Of a stretch of 52,637 bases of DNA, positions 49,901 through 52,637 are shown one piece after another. The notes beneath the pieces are model-generated. The model saw only the letters and a list, made by a program, of their open reading frames with translations. It searched no databases and was not told the DNA's origin. This DNA comes from Lama guanicoe (lineage: Eukaryota): NCBI GenBank assembly GCA_013239625.1, contig MU054187.1:12689325-12741961 (forward strand), in the 5' to 3' direction. Position 1 is the stretch's first letter, and each line of letters begins with the position of its first letter. Both the position numbers and the translations under genes were made by a program.

Positions 49901-50607
49901 CTCTGTTGTGGAGATGCTGTGCTCAGGACCGAGAGGAGAATCTGGGCGCTGAGCCTGGTGGGACCTTCTGACATGAAGCCTTGACCGAACTGAGAAGGTC
50001 AGTAACATTTTTAGGGAGTGCTGACCACCACATCCGAGGCCTTTCTTCCACAGCCAGGCTCCCCATGTGTTGTTCACATCACTCCAGGGCTCTCCTGTGT
50101 GGTACCCTTACCCTCATCCCCATTAAGTGTCACCTTGGAGCTGATGCTGGGTTACCCCTCCTCCCGGCCACCTCAGGGCAGTTACCTTTAACAGTGAACA
50201 TTGCCTTTAAACAAAAGGAACATTTTCCAAACTCCCGAATTCCGGGTGCCTGGAACAGAAGTGGCAATTGTGGAACATTTTTTTCCCTTTGATACTGAGG
50301 AGGGAGGGTCTTATCACAACACTTCCAGTGTCATGCCACGTAAATAAAAGGATAGACGACATGTAAGAGCCTAGTGATATGCTTGTTGAACTTGAACTTG
50401 ACTTCCGCCTCTGTTAGGCCAGTACCATTGTAGTTCCTAGTCTCTGGATAAGCAAATCAAGTCTTGGGAAGCTTAGGTAACTGGTCAAGATTCCACAGTA
50501 AGAGACAGGATTGAATTGAACTTAAGAAGTCTGCCCCTAAAATCTATGTTCCTCAATCACACTCACTTTTGGTGGTGGTGGGGGTTGTGACACTCACCGT
50601 GGCAGGG

Positions 50608-50850
50608 GACGTTTATTGACAGCTTATGCACCAGGCTTTGTGATAAGTCCCTCAGGGGTATTACCTTATTTAATCCCATTAATCATCCCATAAGGCTGGC
50701 AGATTTAAAATATCCTCTTTTTATATACAAAGAAAATCAGGCACAGAGAGGGAAAGGTTGTCTCATTCAAGGGAGTGTTCATGGTTGCCCAGCTAGTAAG
50801 CTGCAGAGTTGTGGATTCAAACCCAAGCAAGCTGACTCTGCAGTCTTCCT
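50608..50850 (-). mobile_element. MIR SINE
   Basis: 'gtttattgacagcttatgcaccaggctttgtgataag ... aagaaaatcaggcacagagagg ... cagctagtaagctgcagagttgtggattcaaacccaagc'. Confidence 0.8.
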
Positions 50851-52637
50851 ACATACGTGCCTTTTGTGAGGACTCAGCCTTTACCTCCACAGAGACAGAG
50901 GTGGCCCTGCCACGTGGCCATGATGACGTGCAGGCCTTCAGCTGTTGCTCTAGAAACTGGTCCACTTATAACTTACTGTACTTGCTGAGGATGGAGTTGG
51001 CACCCAAAGGAGGCAGCAAGATGACAGAGTAGGCCCAGTACCATGTGGTCCATCATCTCTGTGCTGTCTTATGTAAGTATAGCTATTCCAAGTGGAAGCA
51101 AATTTATCTCACTTTAGTTTCTTGTCACCCACTACACCTGTAAAACATGATCAGAATGCCAACCAAACGCTGTCTTTCAAAAGGCCTCCCAAATTGACAC
51201 CACATGGACAATGCTAGGGAGAAAGAGTTTAGATTCTAACCTGAAAGTCAGTTGGGATAGAGATGCCAGGTGACTATATCCCAAAGGGCTGAGAAGCCAC
51301 CCGGGAGAACCACTGTCCCGAGGGAAGAAGGAACCAGGCAAGATGCTCCTCAGTAACAAAGCTTGGCCGTTAGTAAGGAAGATGGGATGAGGATTCTGAG
51401 TGTAGCCTGGAATATTTAAGGGGCTGCGGGTAAAAGTTTAAAGAATTCTTCTATGCCTAGCTCTGTGGCACCGGAGCATAAGCAACACTGCTTGCTGACT
51501 TGCTCTTAGAGATGCAGAAGGCCTTCCCCCGCACTTCTCCCTTCCCCAGGCCTTCAGCCTTCCTGAGGCCCTTGTGTTCCCTGGTCAGAGTAGTTCAGGG
51601 ATGACCATGCAACCCCACTGGAACTAGTCCCTGGTCTTTTACAAAAGCCTTTGGTAGGAAGGAAGGCTTATTTCCTCAGGGATTTAAATCTGGGAGGATA
51701 TAGCCTGTTGGTGCTGCTTGTGGACATGTTTTCATCACAAGACCCCTGTAAATGAAGCCATCGTGGAGGACTGCAGATTCGAGAGACAGGGACATCATCT
51801 GAGCCTTTGGATTAATGTCGCTTCCTGCGTAAACCAGTCTGATTTGGGTTTTCTGACTTTTGACACCCTGAATTTCCACAGTGGGGTTGATGGTGATGGA
51901 CTGGGTCATTTTTAATTAGATTTGACAGGGCAGACCTCTCTGAGCATCTAGGCATCTATAGACCAATGTGCTGATAGTGCACACCATTTCCCAGGGCAGG
52001 ATTAGGGGTGATTTTTTGTTAGAAACAATTGTTTCTTTGTTAATAGCAAAATATTGAATATACAATTTCAGCTTTTCCTAGAATTGTGAGGCAGTCCACT
52101 GACCACACTGCTTCTTTGTCTCAGGCCCTCGGTATTGGAGATGGAACATTTCCTCCTCTCAACTCACGGGGAGGATGGTGAGGGAGCTCACAGCTGGGCT
52201 TTTGCACACACGCGCACCTCATTTGTCTTCCTTTAATAAGGTGAGGTTTAGTCTTCTTTCCTGTCACTTGGTTTAGCATCTTTTCTAACCCAACAGGTTT
52301 CTAAAATCTCGAATCTTGTGAGGTCAATTGCAGAGTTATTTGTCAAATAAAATCATGAATTTTTTATGATATCCTCAAACTGGGAGCTGATGGTGACTAA
52401 CAGCTTCCGGAGACCAGGTGGTCCTCTCGAAAGAGACCGGAGTGAGGAGAATCCAAGTGTATGACCAGATTTGTTTTCCTGGCATGTGTATCTTCTGCTT
52501 GAACACACCCACACGATTCACAGGAGAGGTAAAATGGGAGGCTTTATTTGAATAAAAGCCCTGAAGGTAGGCTAAAGGCTCCACTTAAACCCAAGGTCAT
52601 CTTTGTCCTCCATCTGGGTAGGAATTAGGAATTGTGC

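Noticed and set aside
52385..52445. ctgatgg...tctc-GAAA-gaga hairpin suggesting a hammerhead ribozyme
   Set aside because: The core is not CUGAUGA, the GAAA is a tetraloop rather than a core junction, and no three-stem fold is evident.

Overview
Mammalian non-coding DNA, intronic or intergenic. It is most likely camelid, judging by a Vic-1-type tRNA-derived SINE and cetartiodactyl-type L1 3' ends. I recognise no protein-coding gene, and the supplied ORFs look like chance or repeat-derived ORFs. The window is a mosaic of old repeats (L2, MIR, MER5, MER44/Tigger7, MLT1 LTRs, L1M/L1ME, probable MamSINE1), a few younger insertions with intact target-site duplications (TSDs), microsatellites, and several repeat-free blocks rich in transcription-factor motifs. 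Four observations stand out. (1) A 46-nt insert inside the Vic-1 SINE is built from two exact copies of sequence lying 1.1 kb and 2.3 kb downstream, with 3-nt microhomologies at the outer junctions. (2) A ~360-bp L1 5'UTR/3'UTR fusion with its own TSD looks like a spliced, ORF-less retrotransposed L1. (3) A ~100-bp local duplication has a perfect splice donor in only one copy, which closes a candidate exon. (4) There are enhancer-like blocks near 14.2-14.75 kb, 34.0-34.7 kb and 37.5 kb. Repeat names come from recalled consensus sequences, not from a search, and boundaries of old repeats are approximate. I cannot support a wholly new biological system here.
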